A DNA stretch of 33,834 nucleotides, from contig JAYUGN010000152.1 of the NCBI GenBank assembly GCA_043767605.1, positions 1-33,834 of the forward strand, written 5' to 3'. How positions within the stretch are numbered: the stretch's first letter is position 1; every line of letters begins with the position of its first letter. The translations under genes and the position numbers were made by a program. The notes under the pieces were generated by a model that was not told the origin of the DNA, did not search any database, and saw only the letters and a list, made by a program, of their open reading frames with translations. Positions 9,027-17,428 of the stretch are shown here, in pieces. Source of the stretch: Gammaproteobacteria bacterium. GTDB taxonomy: Bacteria > Pseudomonadota > Gammaproteobacteria > Nevskiales > Nevskiaceae.

Positions 9027-10304
9027 TCACGGCGCCCAGAACAGGTAGACGAAGCGCAGCTCGTAGTACGGCGAGGCCGACACCGAGGCGGCCTCCTGCA
9101 CGGTGTTCTGCGTGGTGGCGGTGGTCAGGCAGGTGCCCGGCGTGCTGCCGGGAATGCAGTTGGCGCTGCGCGTGTAGGTGCCCGGATTGTTCGGATCCGG
9201 ATCGGCGTTGTAGATGTCGTAGACCACGTCGATCTGGCCGCCGCGGCCCTTGACCGGGATCGCCACCCGCGCGGCCACCACGGCCGAGGTGCGATAGATG
9301 TAATAGAACCCGGTGGTGAACAGCGCGCCCATGATCCCGCGATCCTGGTAGGTGCGTTGCTGTGGCGAGATGTAGAACGCCGAGGTGGAATTGCACAAAC
9401 CCGCGTCCACGAAGGACACGCCGAGGGAATTGTTGGTGCCGTTGTTGGTGTTGTCGCAGGCGGACTGCGCCTGGATCGGCTGGTCCTTCAGGTTCAGCGA
9501 ATACTTGTCGAAGTAGTTCGGTCCCACGGTCTTGCGATACGAGTAACCGGCATCCACGAACCAGTGCTCGCTGAGCTTGAAGGCCATGTTGCCCTCGAGG
9601 TTGCGCACGTCGGCGGGCCGCGTCGGCGTGAGGCCGCCGAAGCTCGGCGAGTCGTTGTCGCCGTTGATCTGCTGCGCGACGGTGCCGTCGAAGATCAGCC
9701 GGCCAAACAGCTCGGCGTGGCCGGCGAGCTGCGGAATGGTGGTCCAGTAGTTCGTGCCGGTGTTGAGCAGGGCGTCGGTGTCGTAGCGCCCGACCGGGAA
9801 CTTCACCGTGTTGGCGAGCAGGGCATTGAAGTGCAGCGGTCCCCAGACGTGGTCGTCGCCATAGATGCCGCAGAGCGCGTAGAAATCACCGAGGCCGCTG
9901 GCGCCGGAGGATTGGCCCGCGGTGAGGTCGCGCGCGACCACGGCCGAGCTGCCCTGCTGCCAGCCGAGCACGCCGATGCCGCGGCAGAATTGCGGGTGCG
10001 AGCTCAGGATCGGCACGTGGCTGTCGCGGAACGGATTGCCGATCCACAGCATCTTCAGCAGGAACAGGCTGGCGAAGACATCGTCGCCGCCGCCGATGAA
10101 GGGCGCGCCGGTGTGGACCTCCTTGCCGTCGCGGTTATAGATGCTCCGGATGTCGGTGAAGATGAAGGTGCCCTCGGTGTACTCGCCGGCGGGCAGGCGC
10201 GAGTACTCCCCCAGGTGCGGCGTGAACACGATGCCGGCGTGGGCCGGGGCGGCCAGCAGCGCCGCGCACAGCGCGGCAAGCAGGATCCGGGCTTTCATTT
10301 TCAT
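9027..10304 (-). CDS. putative outer-membrane beta-barrel protein
   Basis: Real start MKMKARILLAALCAALLAAPAHA at 10304, overlapping the upstream stop as ATGA. Alternating-residue strands, aromatic C-terminal strand (YYELRFVYLFWAP), paired Cys in predicted loops. Family not identified. Confidence 0.6.
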   Translation of the reverse strand: MKMKARILLAALCAALLAAPAHAGIVFTPHLGEYSRLPAGEYTEGTFIFTDIRSIYNRDGKEVHTGAPFIGGGDDVFASLFLLKMLWIGNPFRDSHVPILSSHPQFCRGIGVLGWQQGSSAVVARDLTAGQSSGASGLGDFYALCGIYGDDHVWGPLHFNALLANTVKFPVGRYDTDALLNTGTNYWTTIPQLAGHAELFGRLIFDGTVAQQINGDNDSPSFGGLTPTRPADVRNLEGNMAFKLSEHWFVDAGYSYRKTVGPNYFDKYSLNLKDQPIQAQSACDNTNNGTNNSLGVSFVDAGLCNSTSAFYISPQQRTYQDRGIMGALFTTGFYYIYRTSAVVAARVAIPVKGRGGQIDVVYDIYNADPDPNNPGTYTRSANCIPGSTPGTCLTTATTQNTVQEAASVSASPYYELRFVYLFWAP

Positions 10305-11536
10305 TTCTGGCACCCCGCGCAGGAAAACGCGTCGCCCAGGCCGAAGTGGTGGGTGACTGTGAGCATCAGGCTGTCGGAGCTGTAGCTGCGCGCGGAGCCC
10401 AGGCCGTCGACCAGGACCGGGCTGCCCGGCGCCTGCGTGTCGGTGCAGGTGGACGATGCCTGGCCGCCCGTGGCCGTGCACTGGCGGTTGGTGAAGGGCT
10501 GCATGAACTGCCCGCTCCTGCCGGACTGCGGCCGCGTGTAGTCCACCGACACGCGCCAGCGCTGCGCCAGGAAATACTGCACGCCGGCGCCATAGCTGCG
10601 CAGGGCGGTGCCGTCGTCGAAATACGTGCCGGGCGTGGGGAAATTGCGCGAGGTGAAGTTGCCGCCGGTGGGCATCGGCGCCGGCGGCGCGTTCGGCGTG
10701 AAGTCGAGGTTGCGGTACTGGTTCTGCTTGCCCTTGCGATCGGTGGCGAACAGCGACAGGTACAGCCCGGTGAAGACGCGCTGGCCGATGGACAGGTCGG
10801 CCAGGCGCTCGTCGCCCGCGCGAAACGGCGCCTCGTTGCCGAAGTCCGATTGGTAATTGACCGAGTGCACGCGATAGGCGTAACCGCCCTCCACCGAGCC
10901 GCCGGGCCACGGCGTGTCCCAGTGCGCGGCGAGTGCGCCGCTGAAGGCCCAGTGGTTGGTGCCGGCGTTGTTCGGGGATTCATGCTCGTAGACGCCGGTC
11001 GGCGCGTTGACGCCGGCGAGCAGCAGCACGTTCAGTGGCGAGTGTGCGCCGGTGCGCCAGCCGCTGGACGGCGCGCCGTACAGGTAGCTGCCGAACTCCA
11101 GCGTCAGGTCGCCCACGCCCTTGCCGTTGTTCTTCAGGCTGTCGGCGTTGGTCGCGGCGTCGTCGGACGAATCGGCTGCAAACGTTGCCAGCGCTCCGTC
11201 GGTGCGCGTGTCCACGTAGCGCAGGGTCACGCGCGCCAGGTGCATGCGGCTCGAGAAGAACGGCAGGCCCTGGCTCTCGAACATCGGGAAATGCCAAGTG
11301 AACGCATTCACCAGCGCGCGCTCGGGGAAGCTCGTTGCGCCATACGTCGGCGTCGCGCTGTCGCGGTCCGTGCCGCTCTGGTCGTAGCTGCTGTCGCGCG
11401 CATCCTGCACGTAGCCGCCGGTCCAGTAAAAAGACGGGTACAGGGGCTTGTATCGGCCGGGTTCCGGCGCGAGCTCCTGCGCCAGCGCGCCGCGCGCCAG
11501 CAGCAGCGCGGCCAGGGCAAGGCATCGGTGTTTCAT
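10301..11536 (-). CDS. putative outer-membrane beta-barrel protein
   Basis: Signal MKHRCLALAALLLARGALA, Gly/Tyr/Ser-rich beta-type composition. Start overlaps the ligase stop as ATGA. Unusual C-terminal CAGCQK instead of a terminal aromatic residue. Confidence 0.55.
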   Translation of the reverse strand: MKHRCLALAALLLARGALAQELAPEPGRYKPLYPSFYWTGGYVQDARDSSYDQSGTDRDSATPTYGATSFPERALVNAFTWHFPMFESQGLPFFSSRMHLARVTLRYVDTRTDGALATFAADSSDDAATNADSLKNNGKGVGDLTLEFGSYLYGAPSSGWRTGAHSPLNVLLLAGVNAPTGVYEHESPNNAGTNHWAFSGALAAHWDTPWPGGSVEGGYAYRVHSVNYQSDFGNEAPFRAGDERLADLSIGQRVFTGLYLSLFATDRKGKQNQYRNLDFTPNAPPAPMPTGGNFTSRNFPTPGTYFDDGTALRSYGAGVQYFLAQRWRVSVDYTRPQSGRSGQFMQPFTNRQCTATGGQASSTCTDTQAPGSPVLVDGLGSARSYSSDSLMLTVTHHFGLGDAFSCAGCQK

Positions 11537-13014
11537 GCGGATCTCCTCGAGGATTCGTACAGCCGCTGGATCTCGGGCTTGGCGATCTTGCCAGCCCCGG
11601 TTTTCGGCAGCGATTCCAGCAACAGGAATTCAGTCGGAACCTTGTAGCCGGCGAGCCGGCTTTTCAGCTCGTGGCGCAGCAGGTCCACCGATAGCTGCGT
11701 GCCGGGACGCGCGGCGACGGCAGCCAGGCCGGTCTCGCCCCAGCGCGCGTCCGGGATCCCGATCACGGCGCATTCCGAGACGCCGCGGCACTGGCTTAGC
11801 ACGGCCTCGACCTCCGCCGGATAGACGTTTTCGCCGCCGGAGATATACATCTCCTTGCGGCGCCCGCAGATGTAATAGCGGCCGTCGTCGTCCTGCCGCG
11901 CGAGGTCGCCGGTCCACAGCCAGCCGTCGCGCAGCGTGGCTGCGGTTTCCGCGGGCTTGCGGAAATAGCCGGCGCAGACCATCGCGCCGCGCAGCGTGAG
12001 CTCGCCGGTGGCGCCAGCGGCAACCGGCGCGCCGCCGTCGGTGCGGATCACCGCCTCCAGTCCCGGCATCGGCCGGCCGACGGATTCCGGGAAACGCTGC
12101 GCCTCGTCCGTATCCATCGCAAAACAGTTCACGCCGCATTCCGTCATGCCGTAGCCGAGCTGGAAGCGGACACCGCGGCGCGCGAAGGCCTGGCGCAACA
12201 CGGGTGGGCAGGGCGCGCCGCCCGCGATCGCGAAGCGCACCGAGGAAAGGTCCGCGCCGGCGAAAGCCTCGCACTCAACAAGCATCTGGAACATGGTCGG
12301 CACCATGAACAGCACGCTGGCGCGGTGCTCCGCCGCCAGTTGCAGGTAATCGCCCGCGTCGAAGGTTTCGCTCCAGACCACGCGGCCGCCGGCATGCCAC
12401 AGCGGCGTGGCGAGCACGTTGAGCGCAGCGTGGAACGCCGGCGTGGCCTGGATCGCGCAGTCGTCCTCCGAGAGTTTCCACGCGGCCGCCGTGTTCTGGG
12501 CGTTGGCGTGGGTCTGGCGATACGGCAGCTGCGCGCCCTTGGGCAGGCCGGTGCTGCCGCCCGTGAACAGGATCATGTGGATGTCGTCGGCCTGCGGCTC
12601 GCGCGCGGGCAGTGCGGCCGCCGGCTTGGCGAGCCAGTCGGCGTAGCGCTCCAGCGGCAGCCGGCGCGCGCCGGTGGCCTGGGCTTTTTCCTCGTGCGCG
12701 CGGTCGTGCAGCAGCAGCGCGGGCTCGATGGTCGCGGCGATGCCTTGCTGCTCCGCCGCCGAGAGCCGGTAGTTGAACGGTGTGTAGATGAAGCCGAGCT
12801 TGGGCGCCGCCAGCAGCAGGTCCACGTGCGCAAGATGGTTCAGCGCGAGGATCGACACGCGATCGCCAGCGCGGATGCCCTCGGCCGCGAGCCTCGCGGC
12901 CAGCGTGCAGGCGCGCCGGTCGAGCTCGGCGTAGGTGAGCCAGCGGCCGCGCCAGAGCAGCGCGGGCCGTTCCGGCGAGAGCCGCGCGCGCCGCGCCGAA
13001 AGGTCGAAGCTCAT
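11533..13014 (-). CDS. acyl-CoA synthetase / AMP-dependent ligase (ANL superfamily)
   Basis: FTGGSTGLPKG (AMP-binding P-loop), GYGMTE, TGDLARQDDDGRYYICGRRKEMYISGGENVYPAEVE, C-terminal PKTGAGKI. Confidence 0.9.
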   Translation of the reverse strand: MSFDLSARRARLSPERPALLWRGRWLTYAELDRRACTLAARLAAEGIRAGDRVSILALNHLAHVDLLLAAPKLGFIYTPFNYRLSAAEQQGIAATIEPALLLHDRAHEEKAQATGARRLPLERYADWLAKPAAALPAREPQADDIHMILFTGGSTGLPKGAQLPYRQTHANAQNTAAAWKLSEDDCAIQATPAFHAALNVLATPLWHAGGRVVWSETFDAGDYLQLAAEHRASVLFMVPTMFQMLVECEAFAGADLSSVRFAIAGGAPCPPVLRQAFARRGVRFQLGYGMTECGVNCFAMDTDEAQRFPESVGRPMPGLEAVIRTDGGAPVAAGATGELTLRGAMVCAGYFRKPAETAATLRDGWLWTGDLARQDDDGRYYICGRRKEMYISGGENVYPAEVEAVLSQCRGVSECAVIGIPDARWGETGLAAVAARPGTQLSVDLLRHELKSRLAGYKVPTEFLLLESLPKTGAGKIAKPEIQRLYESSRRSA

Positions 13015-14039
13015 GCCGGGACGGCCACGGCGTGGCCGTGGTCACGGCCCCGATAGCGCACGCACATGGCATTCCAGACATAGCCGATGCCGGCCGCCAT
13101 CAGCACGCAGGTGTCGCCGCCCTTGATGCGGCCGGCGTCGCGCGCGAGCTTCAGCGACAGCAGCGGATCGACCTGGCCGATGTGGCCATAGTCCGAGAGA
13201 TAGATGGAGCGCTCGAGCGGGATGCCGAGGCGCGACAGCACGTTGTGGTGCGCGCTGCGCTTCATGTGCAGCACCGCGGCGTAGGCGACCTCGCCCGGCG
13301 TGATGCCGGACCGTTCGCAGGCCTCGCGCACGACCGTCACGAAATTCTCAAGCGACTTCTGCTCGAGCCGCGCCTTCATCCCCACCGGGTCCGGCACCTG
13401 CAGGCGGTATTGCGCGAGGTTGGCGGCGGTGAGCGGCTCGCGCGTGCCGCCGACGGGCACGATCACGTCGTCGGAAAAACTGCCGTCGGTGCGGAACGAG
13501 GCGCCGAGGATCTCGAAGCCCGGGCCGTCTTCCTTCACCACCGCCGCGCCGCCACCGGCGGCAAGGTTGTAGAGGAAACGCACGTTCGGGTCCTGATACG
13601 ACACCAGGTCGGCGTTGCGGTAGCCGCCGGCGATCAGCAGCGTGCTGACGCCGTCGGCCTTGATCATGTCGCTGGCGAGCTTCAGGCCCAGGACCGCTGT
13701 GCCGCACTTCTGGCCGAGGTCGAAGGCGTAGGCGCGCGAGGCGCCGAGCTCGTGCGCGGTCTTGATGCCCGCGGTCCAGACCGGGAATTCCTTGTGCTCC
13801 TCCGTCATCGAGATGACGACGTCGAGCTCCGCGGCGGCGACGCCGGCGTCCTTCAGCGCCTCGCGCGCGGCGTGCACGCCCATCGCATTGGTGTGGTCGT
13901 CGGGGCCGGGCACGGTCTTGCGGGCAAGGCCCATTTTTTCGCGAACGATGTTCTCGGGCACGCCCGAGGCCGCCGAAATGTCGGCCGCAGTGTGGCGCCC
14001 GTTGGGCAGGTAAATGCCGAGTCCCGCGATGACCGCCAT
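13011..14039 (-). CDS. KAS III (FabH)-like thiolase-fold enzyme, non-canonical active-site motif
   Basis: 342 aa. Nucleophile Cys112 (AFDLGQKCGTAV; codon 13704-13706) and His258. The FabH GNTS Asn motif is replaced by YGHIGQVD (His286 codon 13182-13184). Stop overlaps the ligase start as ATGA. Confidence 0.85.
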   Translation of the reverse strand: MAVIAGLGIYLPNGRHTAADISAASGVPENIVREKMGLARKTVPGPDDHTNAMGVHAAREALKDAGVAAAELDVVISMTEEHKEFPVWTAGIKTAHELGASRAYAFDLGQKCGTAVLGLKLASDMIKADGVSTLLIAGGYRNADLVSYQDPNVRFLYNLAAGGGAAVVKEDGPGFEILGASFRTDGSFSDDVIVPVGGTREPLTAANLAQYRLQVPDPVGMKARLEQKSLENFVTVVREACERSGITPGEVAYAAVLHMKRSAHHNVLSRLGIPLERSIYLSDYGHIGQVDPLLSLKLARDAGRIKGGDTCVLMAAGIGYVWNAMCVRYRGRDHGHAVAVPA

Positions 14040-14043
14040 CGGA

Positions 14044-14655
14044 TCAGGCTTTGCCAGGCCCCATGCCGCGGGTCACGAAGCGCATGACTTCCTCGATCAC
14101 TTCCTTCGAGGGCTGCTTCTTCTGCCACAGGCACCAGCGCAAGCCGAGGAAATGGCCGATGCCCATCATCGACCAGGCGCGCACCTCGGAATCGCCGGGC
14201 GTGAGCTCGCCGTCGCGCGCGGCGCGATCGAGCGCGGCGCCGTACCCCTCGGCGATTTTCTCGTAGTACTCGCGGAACACCTGCGGGTCCACGAACTGCG
14301 ATTCCTGCACGATGCGGTACAGGCCGCGGTGCTTGTGGGTGAACTCGAGGAAGGCTTCCATGCCGAGGCGCTCGGCCTCGACGCGGTTGCCGGCCTTCGC
14401 AATCGCCTGCGCCGAATGCGAGCGCAGCTGGTGGCCGATGTCGCGCACCAGCGTGAGGAACAGTTCTTCCTTGCTGCGGAAGTACAGGTAGAAGGTGCCC
14501 TGCGCGACGTCGGCGCGCTGCGTGATCGAACTGACGGAGGCGCCGTGGTAACCCTTGGCGCCGAACTCCTGTTCGGCGGCGTTCAACAGGCGGCGACGGG
14601 TGGCTTCGCCACGGGCAGTGACGGGGGGCGGCAGCGGGTTCGCGTGGGAGGCCAT
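14044..14655 (-). CDS. TetR/AcrR-family transcriptional regulator
   Basis: N-terminal HTH: TRRRLLNAAEQEFGAKGYHGASVSSITQRADVAQGTFYLYFRSKEELF. Only 4 nt separate its stop from the KAS III-like start. Confidence 0.9.
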   Translation of the reverse strand: MASHANPLPPPVTARGEATRRRLLNAAEQEFGAKGYHGASVSSITQRADVAQGTFYLYFRSKEELFLTLVRDIGHQLRSHSAQAIAKAGNRVEAERLGMEAFLEFTHKHRGLYRIVQESQFVDPQVFREYYEKIAEGYGAALDRAARDGELTPGDSEVRAWSMMGIGHFLGLRWCLWQKKQPSKEVIEEVMRFVTRGMGPGKA

Positions 14656-14668
14656 GGCTACTCCGATA

Positions 14669-14689
14669 TGACACCTGAATCAGGAGTCA
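14669..14689 (-). promoter_or_regulatory. 21-bp palindrome, candidate TetR operator
   Basis: TGACACCTGA-A-TCAGGAGTCA (9/10 arm symmetry). Located 14-34 nt upstream of the TetR ATG and immediately downstream of the predicted -10. Confidence 0.5.
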
Positions 14690-14692
14690 TAG

Positions 14693-14721
14693 AGCTTATT
14701 CCCTGCAAGGCAGGGAGTCAA
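14693..14721 (-). promoter_or_regulatory. sigma70-type promoter candidate for the TetR-headed operon
   Basis: Read on the minus strand: TTGACT (14721-14716), 17-nt spacer, TAAGCT (14698-14693). GGAG RBS 6 nt before the ATG. Confidence 0.45.
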
Positions 14722-14748
14722 CGCAGGGCAAGCTGCCCGGGCCACCCG

Positions 14749-16350
14749 CTAGTAGGACGGGACCTTCAGGGTAGTGCCTGTGCGCACGACTTGCGACTCT
14801 TCCAGGCCATTGAGCTGGCGCAGCGTCACGATGGTTGTCCGGTACTGCTCCGCGATCGTGGAGAGGTTCTGGCCCGGCCGCACGCGGTGCATCAGGTAGG
14901 TGATGCCGTTGACGACGGACGGCGTCGGCTCGGCTTTCGCCGCGACTTTGACGCTGTGTGCGCCGCCGCGCGGCGGGATGCGCAGGAACTGGCCGGCGCG
15001 GATGAAGGTCCGCGATCCGATGCCGTTGGCTTCCTTGAGCGAGGACACGCCCACGCCGTACCGGCGCGCGATGGCGCCGAGGTTGTCGCCTTTCTGCACG
15101 CGGTAGCGCACGTAGTAGAAGCGCTGCTGGCCGAAGCGCTGGTCGTCGCCGAGCAACTGGTACGCGGCCTTGAACGCCTCGCCCTTGCCGACCGGCACGC
15201 GGATCGTGGTCTGCGGCGGCACGTACAGGCGGCCGTCGAGCACCTCGGGGCGGAAGCCCGGGTTCAGCGAGCGGAAGGTTTCCTCGTCCACGGCGGCGCA
15301 GTGGCGCAGCGATTCGTAGGCCACGAAGTGCGTGGTCTGGGCGGACTCGAAGTCGATCGGGTCGCGCCGCTGGATATCGCCGAAATGCGTGCGGTAGTCG
15401 CGCTCGACGTCGCTGGCCGCGATGAACTCCGAGTAGAAATTGCGCGAGGCGAAGCCGAAGCGCTTGCCGTCCCAGCGCGTGAGCAGGTCGTCCAGTTGCG
15501 TGCCCTTGACCTCGCGCAGGCCGCGGGCCAGGCCGTCCCGGCCGAAGTTGTAGGCGGTAATCGCGAGCGGCCAGTTGCCGAGCACCGCGTAGTCTTGCTT
15601 CAGGTGCTGCGCGGCGGCCTCGGTCGAAGTCCACGGGTCGCGGCGATCGTCCACCGCCTCGTCCAGCCGCATGTAGATGCGCGCCGAAGAGGGGATGAAT
15701 TGCCACAGGCCGGCGGCGCCGACCTTGGAGTAGGCCTCGACGTTGAACGAGGACTCGACCAGCGGCAGGCGCGTGAGCAAAACCGGCAGGCCCTTCGCCT
15801 TGAAGGTCTCTTCCATCCTCGGCAAATAAGAGCCCGAGACGTTCAGCGCACGCTCGGTGGCTTCCTTGAGCCCGCGCTGCGCGCGGAAGCGGCCGATGGC
15901 CTTGGCCCAGCGGTCCGGGTCGGTGCCGTCGGCGAACATGTCGTAGAGCCTGCGCTCGACCGGCGAGAGTTTTTCCGGGGTCTTGCTGAGCAGCTGCACG
16001 TGGCGCAGGTAGCCGTCCACTTCGCGCTCGACCGCTTTCTCGGTGCGGATCTGCGTGCGCCGCGCCGCGGTTTCGCCCAGCCGGTCGCGGTCGTCGCGGA
16101 AATCGAGCACCGCGTAGATCTTCTGCGGCGCGTCCTGCGAGTGGATGATGCTCTGGTAAGCCGAGTATTGCGAGAAGACCTGCGTCCAGAACGCGATGTT
16201 CGGCGCCAGCACGTCCGGACGCGGGAACTCGGCGTTGATCGTCGGCAGGCTGCTGGAAGCAACCGGGTCGTCGGGGTTCGCGGCCGCGGCAAAAGCCGCC
16301 GCAATGCAGCAGAGCGCTGCGCCCGCATTCAATACCCGTCTCATGACCAC
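14749..16350 (-). CDS. mltD: membrane-bound lytic murein transglycosylase D-like (SLT domain plus LysM repeats)
   Basis: Signal/lipoprotein-like N-terminus. SLT motifs LPLVESSFN and GAAGLWQFIPSSAR. Two C-terminal LysM repeats (YRVQKGDNLGAIARRYGV..., HRVRPGQNLSTIAEQYRT...). Confidence 0.85.
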   Translation of the reverse strand: MVMRRVLNAGAALCCIAAAFAAAANPDDPVASSSLPTINAEFPRPDVLAPNIAFWTQVFSQYSAYQSIIHSQDAPQKIYAVLDFRDDRDRLGETAARRTQIRTEKAVEREVDGYLRHVQLLSKTPEKLSPVERRLYDMFADGTDPDRWAKAIGRFRAQRGLKEATERALNVSGSYLPRMEETFKAKGLPVLLTRLPLVESSFNVEAYSKVGAAGLWQFIPSSARIYMRLDEAVDDRRDPWTSTEAAAQHLKQDYAVLGNWPLAITAYNFGRDGLARGLREVKGTQLDDLLTRWDGKRFGFASRNFYSEFIAASDVERDYRTHFGDIQRRDPIDFESAQTTHFVAYESLRHCAAVDEETFRSLNPGFRPEVLDGRLYVPPQTTIRVPVGKGEAFKAAYQLLGDDQRFGQQRFYYVRYRVQKGDNLGAIARRYGVGVSSLKEANGIGSRTFIRAGQFLRIPPRGGAHSVKVAAKAEPTPSVVNGITYLMHRVRPGQNLSTIAEQYRTTIVTLRQLNGLEESQVVRTGTTLKVPSY

Positions 16351-16450
16351 CGCATCCCCAGACCTTCAGCGCCAACGACTCTATCCGACCGGGTAAGCCC
16401 CGGCAATCAAGACCTTGGGCGATGATGGGTCGTTCCACCGGGATTCCCGC

Positions 16451-17398
16451 ATGTCCGACCCCTACGCCATCACCGAGCCTTTTCGCGTCCACCGCCTGAA
16501 GGTCTCGCCGATCCATGAAATCCATGTCGAGGAATGTGGCAACCCCCAGGGCAAGCCGGTGGTCTTTTGCCACGGTGGGCCCGGCGGCGGCGTCGAGGCC
16601 TGGCACCGGCAGTTCTTCAATCCGCAGAAGTACCGCATCGTGCTGTTCGACCAGCGCGGGTGCGGGCGGTCCACTCCGCACGCGGGGCTCACCGACAACA
16701 CCACCTGGCACCTGGTCGAGGACATGGAGCGCATCCGCGACTTGCTCGGCATCCAGCAGTGGGTCGTGTTCGGCGGCAGCTGGGGCTCGACCCTGGCGCT
16801 GGCGTACGCGCTCACGCATCCCTGGCACGTGAAGGGCCTGATCCTGCGCGGCATCTTCCTGTTGCGCCCCGAGGAGATCCGCTGGTTCTACCAGGAAGGC
16901 TGCTCGTGGCTGTACCCGGACGCGTGGGAGAAATACCTCGAGCCGATACCCTCCACCGAGCGCGGCGACCTCGTGCAGGCTTACCACCGGCGCCTGACCA
17001 GCCCCGATGCGCGCATCCGCAGCGCGGCGGCCAAGGCCTGGAGCATCTGGGAAGGCTCGACCAGCAAGCTGATGCCGAGCGAAGACCTCGTGCGCCGCTT
17101 TGGCGAGGACAAGTTCGCCGAGGCCTTCGCGCGCATCGAGTGCCATTACTTCGTGAACAAGGGGTTCTTCGAGAGCCCGAACTGGATCCTCGAAAATGTC
17201 AGCCGCATCCGCAAGATTCCCGGCGTGATCGTGCAGGGCCGCTACGACGTGGTCTGCCCGCTCAAGTCGGCCTGGGACCTGCACCGCGCCTGGCCGGAAT
17301 CCGACCTGCAGATCGTGCAGGACGCCGGCCACGCCGCCAGCGAGCCCGGCATCCTGCGCCGGCTGGTCGCGGCCACGGACCGGTTCGCGGACCTATAA
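16451..17398 (+). CDS. pip: proline iminopeptidase (prolyl aminopeptidase)
   Basis: Start at MSDPY (16451). GKPVVFCHGGPGGG, LFDQRGCGRSTPH, nucleophile motif GGSWGSTLALAY. The whole length looks like Pip. Confidence 0.9.
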   Translation: MSDPYAITEPFRVHRLKVSPIHEIHVEECGNPQGKPVVFCHGGPGGGVEAWHRQFFNPQKYRIVLFDQRGCGRSTPHAGLTDNTTWHLVEDMERIRDLLGIQQWVVFGGSWGSTLALAYALTHPWHVKGLILRGIFLLRPEEIRWFYQEGCSWLYPDAWEKYLEPIPSTERGDLVQAYHRRLTSPDARIRSAAAKAWSIWEGSTSKLMPSEDLVRRFGEDKFAEAFARIECHYFVNKGFFESPNWILENVSRIRKIPGVIVQGRYDVVCPLKSAWDLHRAWPESDLQIVQDAGHAASEPGILRRLVAATDRFADL

Positions 17399-17428
17399 TC
17401 ACGGTCTACGACTTTCGAGGTCACTCCC

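Noticed and set aside
10305-10910. 5' extension of the OM-protein ORF (9027-10910, 627 aa).
   Set aside because: The extension overlaps the upstream barrel gene in another frame and is Arg/Pro/Gly-rich. MKMKARILL... at 10304 gives a canonical signal peptide and an ATGA junction.
5518-14087. Plus-strand ORFs of 240-545 aa antisense to the 10-gene cluster (5518-6858, 7619-9253, 8754-10385, 10346-11647, 12325-13056, 13032-14087).
   Set aside because: All are mirror frames of recognisable minus-strand genes. They are dominated by Arg/Ala/Gly/Val/His runs and have no signal peptides or motifs.
14014-17332. Very long ORFs 14014-16425 (+, 803 aa) and 14696-17332 (-, 878 aa).
   Set aside because: They are shadow frames of TetR/mltD and pip in ~70% GC DNA. 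The translations are Arg/Ala/Gly/His/Pro-rich low-complexity sequence with no motifs, while the overlapping frames encode clearly recognisable MltD, TetR and Pip proteins.
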